From the NCBI RefSeq assembly GCF_009914755.1, contig NC_060933.1: DNA of 64,000 nt; one strand, given 5' to 3'. The notes beneath the pieces were generated by a model. That model saw only the letters and a list, made by a program, of their open reading frames with translations, did no database searches and was not told the DNA's origin. Shown here piece by piece: positions 1 through 19,115 of the stretch (position 1 is the stretch's first letter; each line of letters starts with the position of its first letter). A program made the position numbers and the translations under genes. Source of the DNA: the human T2T-CHM13v2.0 reference genome, Homo sapiens.

Positions 1-408
<408 letters not shown>

Positions 409-789
409 CTATAACCTCAAACTTACTGCCATTCAACATTTATGAAAGACTTGGCATGGAAAGGAATAATTTATGCAGGACTGTCTAGAAAATATATAGC
501 CTATTCAGTCCATACTCAAAAACACATGTGATATGTGGCCACCAGCAAAATTGTACTTTGTTAGGTTTTCAACCACAGGGCAACACTATAAGAAATCATT
601 TAGTAAATCTCATTGCTATATTTATTGTAAGAACATTATGGGAAATGTTCATCACATTAACAGTATGCTCTGAGGTTCCATATTATCTGTATCTGCTAGA
701 AAGAAGATTCAAGATCATCTTCTTTACAGAGAGTATAACATATATATGTGATCAGTACATATATACGATCAACAGGATAGGCTCATGAT

Positions 790-970
790 ATAGACCAGGG
801 TTTGACTCTTGGCTCTGCCATTTACCAGTAGTGTAACTCAACAACCCTGAGCTTCAACCTACTCTTCTGTAAAATAAGAAAAATAATAGCACCTTCCTCA
901 TAGAGCTGCTATAGTATTAAATGGCACACTTTATATGCATATATACACTGCATATAAAATGCTTGTTACT
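790..970 (+). mobile_element. MIR SINE
   Basis: ggctctgccatttaccagtagtgtaac...ctgtaaaataag...cctcatagagctg core. Confidence 0.7.
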
Positions 971-2090
971 GAATTGTGTGTCTGGCCCACAAAATGCCTA
1001 AAATGTCTTTAATAAAAGCTATCTGCTGCTTTTATTCCTACCAATACTTCCACTATTGCCTCAATTCCAGAAGTACCTGTGTTTTCCAAGCCATTCTAAA
1101 CTTCATATAAGAAATCCAGAGTTTTGTTTTCTTTATTTTGCCTTTGCCACAATTCTTTATCTACTTTTTAATTTAAAATTTCTGAAAAGGTAATATGCTG
1201 GCATTACACAAAATCAAGTATGATATAAAAGCAAAAAATGAAAAGTCTCACTTATTAACACAACCTGTATCTTCCATCCACATAATCAAGGAACTACTTT
1301 TATTACTTTTCTTCCAGATTTTACTTGATGAAAACATAAATGTAGACTGCTTTTCCCTCCTTCTGATACGAAGTCTAAAACGTCATAAAACAAGCACCTT
1401 GTTTATTTCATTTTATAATACATCTTACACCTCTATCAGGGTATAGACAGCTTTTTGTTTTTTCAACCACTGCACATTATTCATAAAAAGGTTACACCAT
1501 AATTTAACTAGTCCTTGACAAATAGGCACTTGAGTTGTATCCAATCTCAAAACAATACTGCAATGAAAAACTTTGAATGCCACTTCACACGTATGCAAAC
1601 TATGTGTGCACACAGACATGTGAGATTTGTGAAATAAACATATCTCACAAATTCCCAGATGTGGGACTGACATGTCAAAGGAAACATGCACATTAATCTT
1701 GATAGAATCTGTCTGATCACCCTCTACCAGTGGTATTCTCAACTGACATTCCCTCAATTGAGATTCTCTCATACATGAATTCTTTCAATTAATGTATGAG
1801 AGAGGCTGTTTTTCCATAACCTCATCAATAGAATGTTATGCTCAATTAGATTTTAGCCAATCTGATATGTGGAAAATGATATCTCAGTACATCTTAACTT
1901 ACATTTCTCTCATTTGGAGTTAAGTTAACCATGCTTTTGTGGTTGTCACCGTTTCCTTTCCCTTATTTTTCATTTTATTTTCATAAGCGTATTTTTTAAA
2001 AATATCTTGAATGTTTTTTAAAACAGGCATCACATATTATATAAAAGTGTAATTTATAATAAAACGTTTTTAAAAATACAGGTTTTTTTT

Positions 2091-2382
<292 letters not shown>

Positions 2383-3157
2383 CTAGTTTTGTTTTTTTTT
2401 TTTTTTTTTTTTTAGGATATATGAAAAAACAATGGAAAGAAAATAAATCAAAATGTTAATAATGGTTATCTCTGCAGGATGGGACAAAAAGTGACTTCTT
2501 CCTACTCTCTAATGTTATGGACTATAAAAACAAAAAAATGCACCAAAAATGCTAAGCATACTAAAATAAGAGATAAATTTAATTTTAATTTTAAATCCAA
2601 CTTAAACCAAAAATATAGGTTTAAGTAATCATCAGTGTGTTTGCAATACAATTTTTTAAATGTTAGTGTGCTATCTACATTGAGATACGAATCTTACTTA
2701 TAATGGACTGTTTCTCTTTCATTTGGAGGTAAAGAGATTTTTAACCAAGTTTTATTCATTTTATACTGAACTTTCTTTAAAACAGTGATTGCACATAAGA
2801 AAACTGTACAGTAGAAATTCAAAATAACAATCAGGATATTTTCACTGAAATCATGTAAAGGAGTCTAATGTTTCCTTTTCTGAAAGTGATAAAACAGTAA
2901 TTCTTCATTAATTTTGACATCATTCATTTACAATGCATTCAGGTAGGGAATGTGATAAGTTGGCAAATAATTCACAAAATGTCATCATTTGCTCAAACAT
3001 AAGATGCAGAAGACTAGGCAAATAAGCAAACCAGAATTACCATCCTCAATGTATTTTTTAAAATAAGCACTTCTGAGTACTTTGGAAATACCTTTAACCT
3101 GAACTATATTTGATATTTTATCACAAATATAGAACCATAAAGCCTTCAGAGTGGCTA

Positions 3158-3481
3158 CAGGGGTCAGCAAACTTCTACAAAGAGCCAGATAGGCTTTGCA
3201 GGCCACATGACAGCCATTCAACTCTGCCATGGTAGCACAAAAACAGTCATAGACAATGCATTAAAAAACAAGGCATGACTATGTTCCAACAAAGTGTTAT
3301 TTGTGGACACGAATATGAATTTCATATCATTTTCATGTGCCACGAAGCCTTATTTTCCTCTCAATTGTTTTAACCACTTAAACATGTGAAAACCATTTTT
3401 AGCTCATGGGCTGAACATAACCAGGCAGATTTGGCAGATTTGGGATGGATTTGGCACACAGACCGCAGTATGCCAACCCTA
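3158..3481 (+). mobile_element. MER58-type hAT-Charlie DNA transposon relic
   Basis: termini caggggtcagcaaact...agtatgccaaccccta-like, with MER58B-like interior. Confidence 0.8.
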
Positions 3482-4079
3482 ACCTAGGTGAATGACTACC
3501 AAACTTTTTTAATATGACCAACAAGAAACACATTTTAAAGATCACAAGCCTACAAAAGAGAAACAGAGAGGTGAATCAAAAGAATTATGAAACAATACTT
3601 AGCTGTACTACATGTGACACACTGTTATTTTAATATTGGTTACTAATGAGTATCAACCCAAATTTGATAAACACTGGTCTAATCTTTGCTTTTAAAAAGT
3701 TGAGAAAATTGTTATCCAGAGAAATAAAGTTATTTATGTGCGCGCACACACACACACAGAGTGGGAGAGTTAAGTCTAAAACTTGCTTTTCAGAGAGCAT
3801 CCTGCCCTGCCCTGACAAGATGTCTCACCACATATATGGTCTCACCCCTCTCATCAAGTCTAACCCAATTATCCAAGCATTTCTGCCATACACATATGTT
3901 CTTCCAGTCTCACATTAGTGTTACTTGGAGGAACAAATAATTTTGAAGAGTTTCCTACCCATTATTCAAAAATAATGGGTAAAAAGGTGAAAAGGGAGAG
4001 TGGAGGCTTTGGAGTATGCACCTGTGAAGATCCACACTGCACTGCTCACCATAACTCCCATGTAAACACTTGAAAAACT

Positions 4080-4511
4080 CAGTTGACCCCTGAACAACAC
4101 AGGTTTCAACTGCACAGGTCCACTTATTTGTGGATTTTCCTTCCCCTTTGCCCCTGCTGAGACAGGCAGGAAGACCAACCTATCCTTCTTCTTCCTGCTC
4201 TTCAGCCAGTTGACAAGAATGAAGACCTCTATGGTGATCTACCTCCACTTAATGATTAGTAAACATATTTTCTGTTCCTTATGATTTTCTTAATAACATT
4301 TTCTTTTCTCTAACTTACCTTTATTGCAAGAATACAGTATATAATACAAATAATGTACAAAATAAGTGTGAACTGTTTACATTACTGGTAAGGCTTCCGG
4401 CCAACAGTAAGCTATTAGTAGTTAAGTTTTGAGGGAATTAAAAGTTATACTTGAATTTTTGACCACACAGGGGCTGGTGCCCCAACCTCTGCATTGTTCA
4501 AGGGTTAACTA
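4080..4511 (+). mobile_element. Tigger2a/MER28 non-autonomous TcMar-Tigger element
   Basis: TIRs cagttgacccctgaacaaca...ttgttcaagggttaacta, about 430 bp. Confidence 0.85.
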
Positions 4512-5181
4512 TATTTGCAAAGAGTATATAAAATTAGGAGGGGAAAGGCAATAACTTTCAAATACCAAAGTACTGTTGTCTATTACACAATCTGTAAACA
4601 TTTTTAAATAAAAATACTTTATTTTTTGTAGTAGTCATGGCTAAGGTGATTAACATTATTGGGGAAGTCCTATACATCTAAGTAATATGAATAGAATCAT
4701 ATTGTTTTGTTGAAATATGAAACCTTCATCCTCAACAATGCAATCGTTCTCAGGGCTACAACTCCATAGTGAAATATGGTTATACTCTCCTGCTGCATGT
4801 CAACTATCTAATACCCACAGAAATGTTGGCAAATATGGCAGGAAAATGGAGCGACAAATATGATGAAAAGTGTTCTTTAAAACACAGGGTATACAAATCA
4901 GTCAAACTTGGTAAGAGTCACCATCATACAATTATATGATGATGAGAGACTAGCAAAGGTTTTAGATTGCTTCAGAATTTATGACTTATTTCTGCAGCAA
5001 CAAATCAGAACACATCTCCATCAAGGTCGTGAAAATCAAAGAGAAAACATCTCTATAGGGAAAGAAATCTTTGAAACTTCTGGAGAGACGTGGATCACTC
5101 GATTCTCAAATGCATTTTGGAGCCAGTCCTGTTTTTCTCATCGCAAATTTTCTAGGAGCAAATACAGGTAACAACAGAGTT

Positions 5182-5500
5182 GGTTGTTTTTGTTTTTTTG
5201 TTTGTTTCTTTGTTTTTGAGATGGAGTCTCACTCTGTTGCCCAAGCTGGAGTGCGGTGGCACGATCTCAGCTCACCGCAACCTCTGCCTCCTGGGTTCAA
5301 GTGAGTAGCTGGGACTATAGGTGCCCGAGTAACTGGGACTACAGGCATGTGCCACCACACCCAGCTAATTTTTTGTATTTTTAGTAGAGACAGGGTTTTA
5401 CTGTGTTGGCCAGGATGGTCTCAATCTCCTGACCTCGTGATCCACCCACCTCGGCCTCCCAAAGTCCTGGGATTACAGGCATGAGCCACCACGCCCAGCC
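5182..5500 (-). mobile_element. Alu with internal rearrangement
   Basis: antisense Alu flanked by TSD aacaacagagtt. Confidence 0.93.
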
Positions 5501-6844
5501 AACAACAGAGTTTTGAATTTCCAGGTTTTTTGTGTTTGTTTCCTTCAGCTGCATCTCCTTTGCACTTTAACTTGCATACCAACATATCTATGTTTAAAAC
5601 ACCTGTACCAACTCTCATCCACCTTTTGATTTCTTATCATGCTACTTACCTCACACTATTAAAAATGTATCTTAAAGCTTTGTTTTGAACTCAGTGGTAT
5701 ATTAGACTGTACACAGGCAGTAAGAATGTCAATTACTTCAGGAAAAAGTCCTACAGATGCCCTAATATATGGAAGAAGCTGGACTCTAATCTGTAGATTA
5801 CATTTACAGGACAATTCTGAGGTCCATGTTTCAGAAACAAGGTGAGAAAACTAATCACAAATATTAAGACAGAGAAGGTTGGAGAAGAGTCACAGTAACT
5901 CCCAGTACGTATAAATTCCTCCATCATCAGGATAGGCTCAGTCAGGGAGAGAGAGGGAGTGAAGCTTGGAACCATGGATAGAACAATATTACCTGAAAGG
6001 TCAAGCAAGCCAGGCAAGGACAAAACCCAGTATCAGAAATAGCTGCTCAAAGAGGACAGAGGTCACCAGAGCTAAGGGTGGTAGTCCTCAATCTGCATAC
6101 AGACATTCACAGAGATATGACAGCTAGTCAAAGTCATCATGCATTTAACTATAATACATCTACGCTTAATTAAAACATTAAGTTTCTTTACATATTGATA
6201 TATACAATCAAGTAAACGGAGTTTAGCAATGGTTATCAAATGCTGCTCAGAAGCACTGCTTGGGAGGGATGTATGTCCCTTACTAACATAAACAGGTAAA
6301 ATATCTAAATAAGTGTCTTGACCGATGAAAGCTTTCATAATATAAAGTCCATGAGAGGAAATAAGAGGGTTCCTTTGTAGTTAAAATTAAGGCTGAGAAT
6401 CAGAGGCTTATATAAAATTATGCCTCTTTTCTACAATCCTTCTTCCTTCTAACCTTACCTCAAATATTACAGGCTAGTAAGAGAAAATACTTTCAGTTTG
6501 AGGCAATTTAATAACAAAACTTGCTTTCAGGGCTTAAAGAGCACTTAAAATTCAGGAAGTGCCTTCTGTAGTCAAGATGACATCTTTGACTTTGGAGAGG
6601 TAAAGAGCCTAAGAGATGATGCTGAAAAGAAGAAATATCAAGTTGCTGCCTGACTCTGACTCACTCCAGGTGGGTCGTTCAGATTCTTCAAAAAGCAGAT
6701 GCCAAGGCACAATGAGATATGCTCCTGTGGGCCTCTCCTAAGGGGAAACTTGGAAGAAAAACAGTGGGACAGAGTTCATCCTCAATCACTGCAACTGTTC
6801 TCAGGGTTGCAAGCCCTCACCTCTATCCCCCAGGATCAATTTAC

Positions 6845-7256
<412 letters not shown>

Positions 7257-7274
7257 CCCCAGGATCTATTTAAA

Positions 7275-8085
7275 TCCCTCTCACCCTCAGCTATCACCTC
7301 TGCAGGTCTTGATAGCTTATCTGATTAAGCAATCCAAACTCTCATTCCTGAGCAGTGTGAGCCCCTGGTAATCATTCTCATTCCAGGCCGGCTGTAACAT
7401 GTCCATTCACAGTTAAAATTGAGGAAGGGAGTAGGCAACAGGCTAATCACTGGATTGCCTATGTTCCACACATAGTCAACCCATTGCCACTGTGTAAAAA
7501 CAACCCTACCTCTATTAGCTGATCTGGGTCAATCACTTGTTGTCAAAATGGTATGCTTTTCCCCTCACCTGCTGGTCTTAGACACAAGGAGTCCAGAGTA
7601 CCCCACTGGCAACCACATCTTGTTGTTACATTGTACCCTGTGGTAAGACTGCACCCACTTTGGGAATGAGGACTTCTAACCCTGGAGAGCCCAGAGGTGG
7701 AGGGACAGAAAACAGAAAGTCCCTGGGTGGATACTGGATGCTACACTAAATAGGGCCACTTCTGTTCCCACCTCCTGGTTCCCAGGCTTGTGTATTCTTT
7801 CTACAGAATTATGGAAACATTTCTAATTTACTGTATGCACTGCATGCTGCAAGATGGCAACCCAACCATTCCCTGAGTTAGAGCTTTACATGGGCCTTTT
7901 GAAGGCCACTGTAGCACTCCACGAGGCCAGCTGCCTCTGGATGGTGCCATCTGTAACATGGTAGATGCCCTGGCACAGACCCACTCCCACACATCTTTCC
8001 CAGGGAGGTAAGTCCCCCATTCTGATGCTATGATGTACGGGATGACACGTCTGTGGATCAAGGGGCCAACCAGTGGCACTAAACA
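7275..8085 (-). mobile_element. Class III (ERVL-type) endogenous retrovirus internal relic: integrase core plus dUTPase, decayed
   Basis: frameshifted peptides LIHRRVIPYIIASEWGTYLPGKDVWEW, HHPEAAGLVECYSGLQK, LGSPGLEVLIPK, VIDPDQLIEVGLFLHSG resemble ERVL pol/dUTPase. Confidence 0.85.
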
Positions 8086-8544
8086 TACACTAAGTTGCCA
8101 AGTAAAAATAATGAATTATATAAGATGCTATAGGTAAAAAAAAATAAGATGCAGTTATTTTCTCAAAGGAACTTATAGTCTAAAGAGAATCAAATACAGC
8201 AAGTTCTTCCTTGTTTATTACACACTATACTTGTAACAAGGGTATACAATTTTTTTCAGATACTGATACAAGCCATTATCATAAAACCTTCTCCATAATC
8301 ACCAAAACCAGTCCAAATGCACCAAAAAAGGTATTTTTATATGACAAATATTCACTCATTGGCAATATTTAATATCATTTGCAATATCTAATCTTACTTG
8401 GCAATATTTAATAATCTTATTGATGTTATGAATCCTGTACTTTTATCTATTTCCAATTAAAATGTTTTCCAATTAAAATTGCAAACTTTGCAAAATAATA
8501 CTGTCTATATTGTTTCATTTATAGTCTATTTTTATTTTTTCAAT

Positions 8545-8750
8545 TTTTACTTTTTTTTAGTACATAGTAGGTATATATATATATATTTATGGGGTAAATG
8601 AGATATTTTGATACAGACATACAATGCGTAATAATCACTTCAGGGTAAAAGGGGTATCCCTCACTTCAAGCATTTATCCTTTCTTCCAATTATACTTTTA
8701 CTTTTTAAATGCAAAATAAATCACTGTTGATTGTAGTTGCCCTGTTGTGA
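8545..8750 (-). mobile_element. L1 3' UTR fragment (L1MA/L1PB-like)
   Basis: tatttatggggtaaatgagatattttgatacagacatacaatgcgtaataatcac... typical antisense L1 3' end. Confidence 0.75.
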
Positions 8751-9138
8751 TTTATAGCCTATTTTTAAATCCTATACTTAACTCAAGTTCAAATGACAAA
8801 TTACTAAGTTAACAAATATTGCTAAGAATATTTATTCAAAGATTATTAAATAATCTGTTTTTGTATTTTGAGATTCAGTATTAATAGAAAATTTCTAAAC
8901 TATCCAATGGTCAGGTTTATCATTCTGGCTTCATCTGAATAAGGAATAAGCTCAAGAAATAAAGTAAACCAACAAGGACAATTTCAAAACAAGGCAAAAT
9001 TTCCAAAGCAGAATTTAAAAATACAGTAACTTATAACTCACAGTAATTATCTTCCTAAATGCCCAAAGTAATTTTTTTAAGACTGCCTCATATCTTGACA
9101 ATAGCCTTATTTAGAAGAGGGAAGAAATATGCAACTCA

Positions 9139-9903
<765 letters not shown>

Positions 9904-10134
9904 TTAACAAAACTAATACATTCATGTTATATATTGCTTCAGAAATTTTTGGAAATTTTAAAGATGGATAAAACCGGATATGTTTTCATTTCACTAAAAA
10001 GACAAAATTTTTAACCACAACAAAATTCATAACAACTACTTTACTTTGCCTACATGTCACAGAAATGTGGGAAATCTTAGAATTCTAAACAGAAAAACAT
10101 AAAGACTCCAAAATCCTATTAGGGACAACAACTA

Positions 10135-11090
10135 AATTGTTATTCATTCATTCAATAACATTACAGTGTCTGTTTTGTGCAATATTTATGAAGTGTCTAT
10201 TTTGTGCCAAGCTTTGTCTCAAGCACTTAAGACACTTAAAAAAACAACTCTTCCCTTTTGTAGCTGACATTTGTATAGGGGTAGAAAAGAGGACTGTCAA
10301 TACAACAAGTAATAAATACGATATATATTTCATATATAGAACATTAGAAGGGTAAAGCTCTACAGAAAAAAAAAAAAAAGGAGGGCAAGGCCGGGCACAG
10401 TGGCTCACACCTGTAATCCCAGCACTTTGGGAGGCTGAGGCAGGGAGATGACCTGAGGTCAGGAGTTCAAGACCAGCCTGGCCAACATGGTGAAACCCTG
10501 TCTCTACTAAAACTACAAAAATTAGCTGGGCATGGTGGTGGTGGACACCGTAATCCCAGCTACTCAGGAGGCTGAGGCATGAGAATCACTTGAACCCAGG
10601 AGGTGGAGGTTGCAGTGAACCGAGATCATGCCACTGCACTCCAGCCTGAGTGACAAAGTGAGACTCTCTCTCAAAAAAAAAAAAAAAAAAAAAAAGGAGG
10701 ACAGGACAGGCAGGATGTAATGTGGATTGGGAGTACCAAGAGAGCAGAGGTAGGTGGCAACTCTAAATGCCATTTGTTAAGGAGCCTCATGAGCAGATGA
10801 AATAGAAGCAAAGACGGTGAGGGCACCACACAAGGGGTGCATTCTAGGCAGAGAGGACTAGAGCACATAGCTCCCAGAGTGGAAGAACACCTGAGGTGTT
10901 CAAAGAACAGCAAGGATGGGATAGCTGGGAAAGAATGGACAAGATGAATGCCACGATGAATGCCAAGCACTGGAGAGCCTTGCACACTATAAGAATTTGG
11001 GTTTTTACTCTGAATGAGATTGGAAGCCATGACAGGGAGGGATGCCATGACACGAGTTATTTTTGAAAGATCAGATCCTAGTGCAGGGTT
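10135..11090 (-). mobile_element. L2 3' fragment interrupted by an Alu
   Basis: attcattcattcaa L2 tail; ggcagagaggac..., tttttactctgaatgagattggaagccat L2 motifs. Confidence 0.7.
10388..10695 (+). mobile_element. AluSx-like
   Basis: full dimer and A-tail. Confidence 0.93.
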
Positions 11091-12732
11091 TCTGAATGAC
11101 AGTGGCAAACATTTTGGGCCAGATCATTCTTTTTTGGATGATTTAAACAGATAAATAAGGTGTATATTGAAGTCATTTCCAAAATTTTGCTATTATACAA
11201 AACTGCAATAAAAATCTTTTTGCAAAGAGTTTTTGCTTTGTTTATAATGATTTCCTAAGCACTGAAATGGAACTGCAGAATCAGATATTATAATCAATTT
11301 TAATAATGCAAACTGGCCAGAACACCAAACTCTCCAAAAACACTTGTATTAATGTATATTCCCAGTAACTATACATAAGAGTATCTATTTCAACTGCTCT
11401 CTTCTTTGCCAACATTCGATACTATGGTTTTTTAAAAAAAAATTTCTAATGTGGTAGATAAGAAATATTATCTTACTGCTATTTTAATTTGCATTTCTCT
11501 GACTACTGGGAAGCAAACACTTTTCTATACATCTGTTAATCAGTCGCAATTCTTCATAGGTAACTTTTTTGTTCCTGGATACAGGGTTTTCTTTTTTTAC
11601 GGTATAAATTTTCATGTTAAAAAATTTGTATACACATACATACATGAATCCACCAGCTAACCCATTTTTTGAAAATATTTTTCTGGATTTGCAATTGATC
11701 TTTTAATCTGGGTTAATTTCCTTATATACATTATGGAGTCCAAATTAAGAATCTTCCATTGTGATTTATTCCTTGAATGTCCACTGTATACAAAGCAAGG
11801 ATTCAAAGATGATTCACAGGATCCCCTGTACTACAGCTAAGCCAAGAAGACAGTGGAAGCAATAAGGAGGAAATAGGTAGATCTACCTTAAAAGGGTTAA
11901 AGGGGTAGTAAGTTTGCATTAAAAAACACATTTTGTAGGAAACATGGTAGGCTAAGTATCCACCCCACAGAACTATTTACAACTTTTACATATATTAAAT
12001 ATTTACAATTGTTACATATATTAAAATATTTTAAGTTTGTCATTAAGTGGATAAGAAAGCAAGGATAAAGGCAAAGTATCAAATGAAGAAGGGATCCCTA
12101 TGTGATAAGCTAAAGACTGAAGCTACCTTTCACTTTGAAAACATTTGCTAAACCAGGTGACCTTGGGTACAGATTTTCCCATCTCAAAGGCGATGAAGGA
12201 CAGGAGAAAAACCTTGAACTGGCATTAAGGTGATTTCCCTCTCAAAAAGATGAAACTCCAGTACTACATCTTCAGTATATAGGTCCTAGAAACACTCCCA
12301 CCACAAAAGAAAAAAAAAAAACACGTAAAAAGAAAAGCCAACTGTCTTAAATTTTAAACCTTAGCTCTAAGATGGTGAAAAGTAGCACCACTCACAAACT
12401 GGTATTAAAAACCGGCCATCAAATCACATGGATTCGCAGCCTGAATTCATGTCATTTTGGTGGTCCAAAAGCCCTTGAGGATTCAATCTATAATGGTGAC
12501 TCTCAAAAGCAACAGCTCCTGGAGTTTCCACATAATTTCCACATACAAACTTATAAAGAAGAAAAGAAACCTAAACATACAATTCAACAAGGTAGAAGGA
12601 AAAAGAACCAAAAGAAACATTAGATATTGAAAAAGACCTACCAGAATCTCAGACTAAGAAATGACCATATTTAATATGTTCAAAGAAATAAAATATAGAA
12701 AACAAGAAAGACTGATTAAATGCATTTTGTAA

Positions 12733-13035
<303 letters not shown>

Positions 13036-13039
13036 CCTA

Positions 13040-15800
<2,761 letters not shown>

Positions 15801-15842
15801 CCTATCTATGCATGCATACATACACACACCCATGCGCACGCA

Positions 15843-15846
<4 letters not shown>

Positions 15847-15882
<36 letters not shown>
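15847..15882 (+). repeat. (CA)18 microsatellite
   Basis: directly visible. Confidence 0.97.
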
Positions 15883-15885
<3 letters not shown>

Positions 15886-17346
15886 GAAAAGAATAAGGCT
15901 GAAAATTACTGGACATCTCCCTTAGATGACAACGCAAAAAAAGAAAATAAAAAAGAATGAAAGCAGCAAAAGTCAAGACACAGCACTTTAAACATTATTT
16001 AGAGATATGAGGATCAACTTCAAAAACATACAAAAAGTAATTTCAGGATTTAGCATGTGGGAAAGGACTACCTATATAAAACTATTTGACACTTTAAACT
16101 TTCTCCATGAATAACTTTGACAAAAATTTAAAACCAAATTTAACAAAAGGAAAACAAGAAAGAAAAACAAAATATAACAAAAGTCCATAGTAAATGCCAT
16201 CATGCTACCACAGACATATGAATAAAAGAACTGTGAAAATGCAGAATTTTGATACTTTCATTATTCTGCCATCAAGAAACAAGAGAAAATAAAACTGTAA
16301 TTGTCACTATGAATAAATAAACATAGCTTTAAAAGCATGGTGAGGTCACTTCACAAAGGATGTTGATAATTACTTTAATAATACCATACGTTGCCTTCGA
16401 ACAGCATTCATTTTCCTTCCATCTGGCCACTGAATAATGGCCTTAACACAGCTGGAAACAAAGCAGGCGGTGTTCAAGATTGAAACAAACACATAAAGTA
16501 ATCTTAAGCATTAATGGTTGATGCTGAAAATAATATACAAATGAAAGTGGAAAAAGTCATAATTGAAACTAACTTCATTTATGTTTATTATCTCATGATC
16601 TACAAAAAATTGATACAAAGATAGCTGAAGAAAATTCTTTCAAACACATCCTATCTGGAACCAACCAATCTTTTTAATCCTTGAAAGCATGTCACTTACA
16701 TATTGCTGCCTAAAATTCAAATACACACTTCAAAAAACAGAGCCTAAAGTATCAAATAATGCATTCCTTTGAAACTTAAAAATGACAAAGATAATCAAGT
16801 GGCAACACAATTACCTTAGAAATAATTTTCTGATTATGTAAATAAAAGACGATATGCTATTTCCTATTACATACGCTACAGAAATAGAGCTACTCTATAT
16901 AAAACTTTACAGCAGAATAGACAATGCATTAATAAATGTGTACTACTTGAAATATCTGAAGCAGCATCTTTCGCTTAAAGAAAATAAAAAGGAGTAACTT
17001 AGTGAGAAGCTCTTTCACTCAGATCTGTCTTTACAATCTGACCCTGGCCACACCTATTCAGACCCAAAGCAGGAAACTGCTCTAGGAGCAGCCAAACTAA
17101 TGGACAAGTTGGCCAGCTGTTCATAAAGTGCCATGTAGGAAATCATCAAGGTTAGCCTATTCTGGGTGACAAACTATAATTAGAAAACAGGGAATCTAAA
17201 CATAGAATGCAAGAACAACTCATCACAATCTAAAAGAAAGAAAACTCATTTGTGAAAGGATAAGAATCAAAGTCCTGGACTTAATACCTATAATCAGGTT
17301 ACTTTTTTCTATTCCCAAATCAAAACTACAATCTGTAATCACATGA

Positions 17347-17680
17347 GAGTAGTGCCCTCTTAACTAAGGTTTTGATTTCCATGGTTTCAGTACTGGAGGT
17401 TAATCACAGTCTGAAGTATTAAATGGAAAAGTACAGAAATAAACAATTTATAAGTTTTAAAGAGTGCTCCATTCTGAGTAGCATACCACCATGGTCCATC
17501 CCACCCAGGACATGACTCTTCCTTTGTCCAACGTATCCACAGTATCTATGCAACTGACCTGTTAGTCACTCAGTAGCCATCTGCTACCAGATCAAAAAAA
17601 CATGGTATATAAAGGGTTTGGTTTCAGGCATCCACTGGGGGTCTTGGAACCTATCTCCCACGGATAAGGGGGGCCTACCG
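17347..17680 (+). mobile_element. MER44A-type Tigger element
   Basis: TIRs agtagtgccctctta...ggataaggggggcctaccg and MER44-like interior. Confidence 0.8.
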
Positions 17681-18185
17681 TATATATTTCTCATATGTAC
17701 AGAAAAAGTAGAAGGTACAGAAGAAACAGGTGACTTCTTCACACAATAATCGATTTCCTCCTCAAACTTTTTCCACAGTATTCTTCTGCCTTGATTTAGC
17801 AGTATTTGTTATTACTGATATTTTCAAGTGGTTCTTAACTAGACACAAATGTGTTAAAAGAGCTCACGGATAACTGCTGTAGGTTGAATGAAAGAGAATC
17901 AACCTATACCCTTTCTCAAATGCCTCTTCCTGTCTTCTTTTTTTTTTCTTTTGACAAATACCTTCTCTTTCATTCCTGCCTTCCTTCTATTACCCCGATT
18001 TCAAAGTACCTTCTCATGTACCTCAAATCTAGGGGGAATACCAAGACACCAGAGCAGGGGGTGGCAGGGAAGGCTGCAGAAGGTGGACAGTTGTTGCATC
18101 TTTTATGGCATCTAAGGCTCCTAAGTTCCCAAGCTGAAACCTGAATGATTAGAACTATGAAATGTAAATTCTAGGTGATAAATGT

Positions 18186-18482
18186 TTCTTTTTTTTTTTT
18201 AGACGAAGTCTCGTTCTGTTGCCCAGGCTGCTGGAGTGCAGTGGTGCGATCTTGACTCACTGCAACCTCCATCTCCCAGGTCAAGAGATTCTCCTGCCTC
18301 AGCCTCCGAGTAGCTGCAACTACAGGTGTGTCTCATCACGCCCGGCTAATTTTCTTATTTTTAGAAGAAACAGGGTTTTGCCATATTGGTCAGGCTGGTC
18401 TCGAACTCCTGACCTCAAATTATCTGCCCACCTCGGCCTCCCAAAGTGCTGGGCTTACAGGCATGAGCCACCACACCCGGCA
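18186..18482 (-). mobile_element. AluS
   Basis: antisense Alu, TSD aaat(g/a)tttctttt. Confidence 0.92.
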
Positions 18483-18774
18483 ACAAATATTTCTTTTTAA
18501 TTTCTCACCTATAACCTCACAACTATAACCTCACAACAAAGTATTTTTCTTTAAGCAACTAGAAATTAAGTGTATGAAATTTGGGGAACAAAGGAAGGGC
18601 TAAACAAATCTTAGAGATTATCTAATTCAAACTCTTAGACACTTTAAGATCCTGGGCGATTTCATAGACTTATCCAAGGAACCATCACAAAAGCCAGCTA
18701 ATTGCCAACAATTCAATCAACTTGACTTGCTCTGTAATCCAGGCTGAATAAAAAAACTGTGTCCATTAAAGTGA

Positions 18775-19115
<341 letters not shown>

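Noticed and set aside
4908-5171. 87-aa ORF in apparently unique sequence
   Set aside because: Starts at a non-ATG codon, has no recognisable family and no splice context
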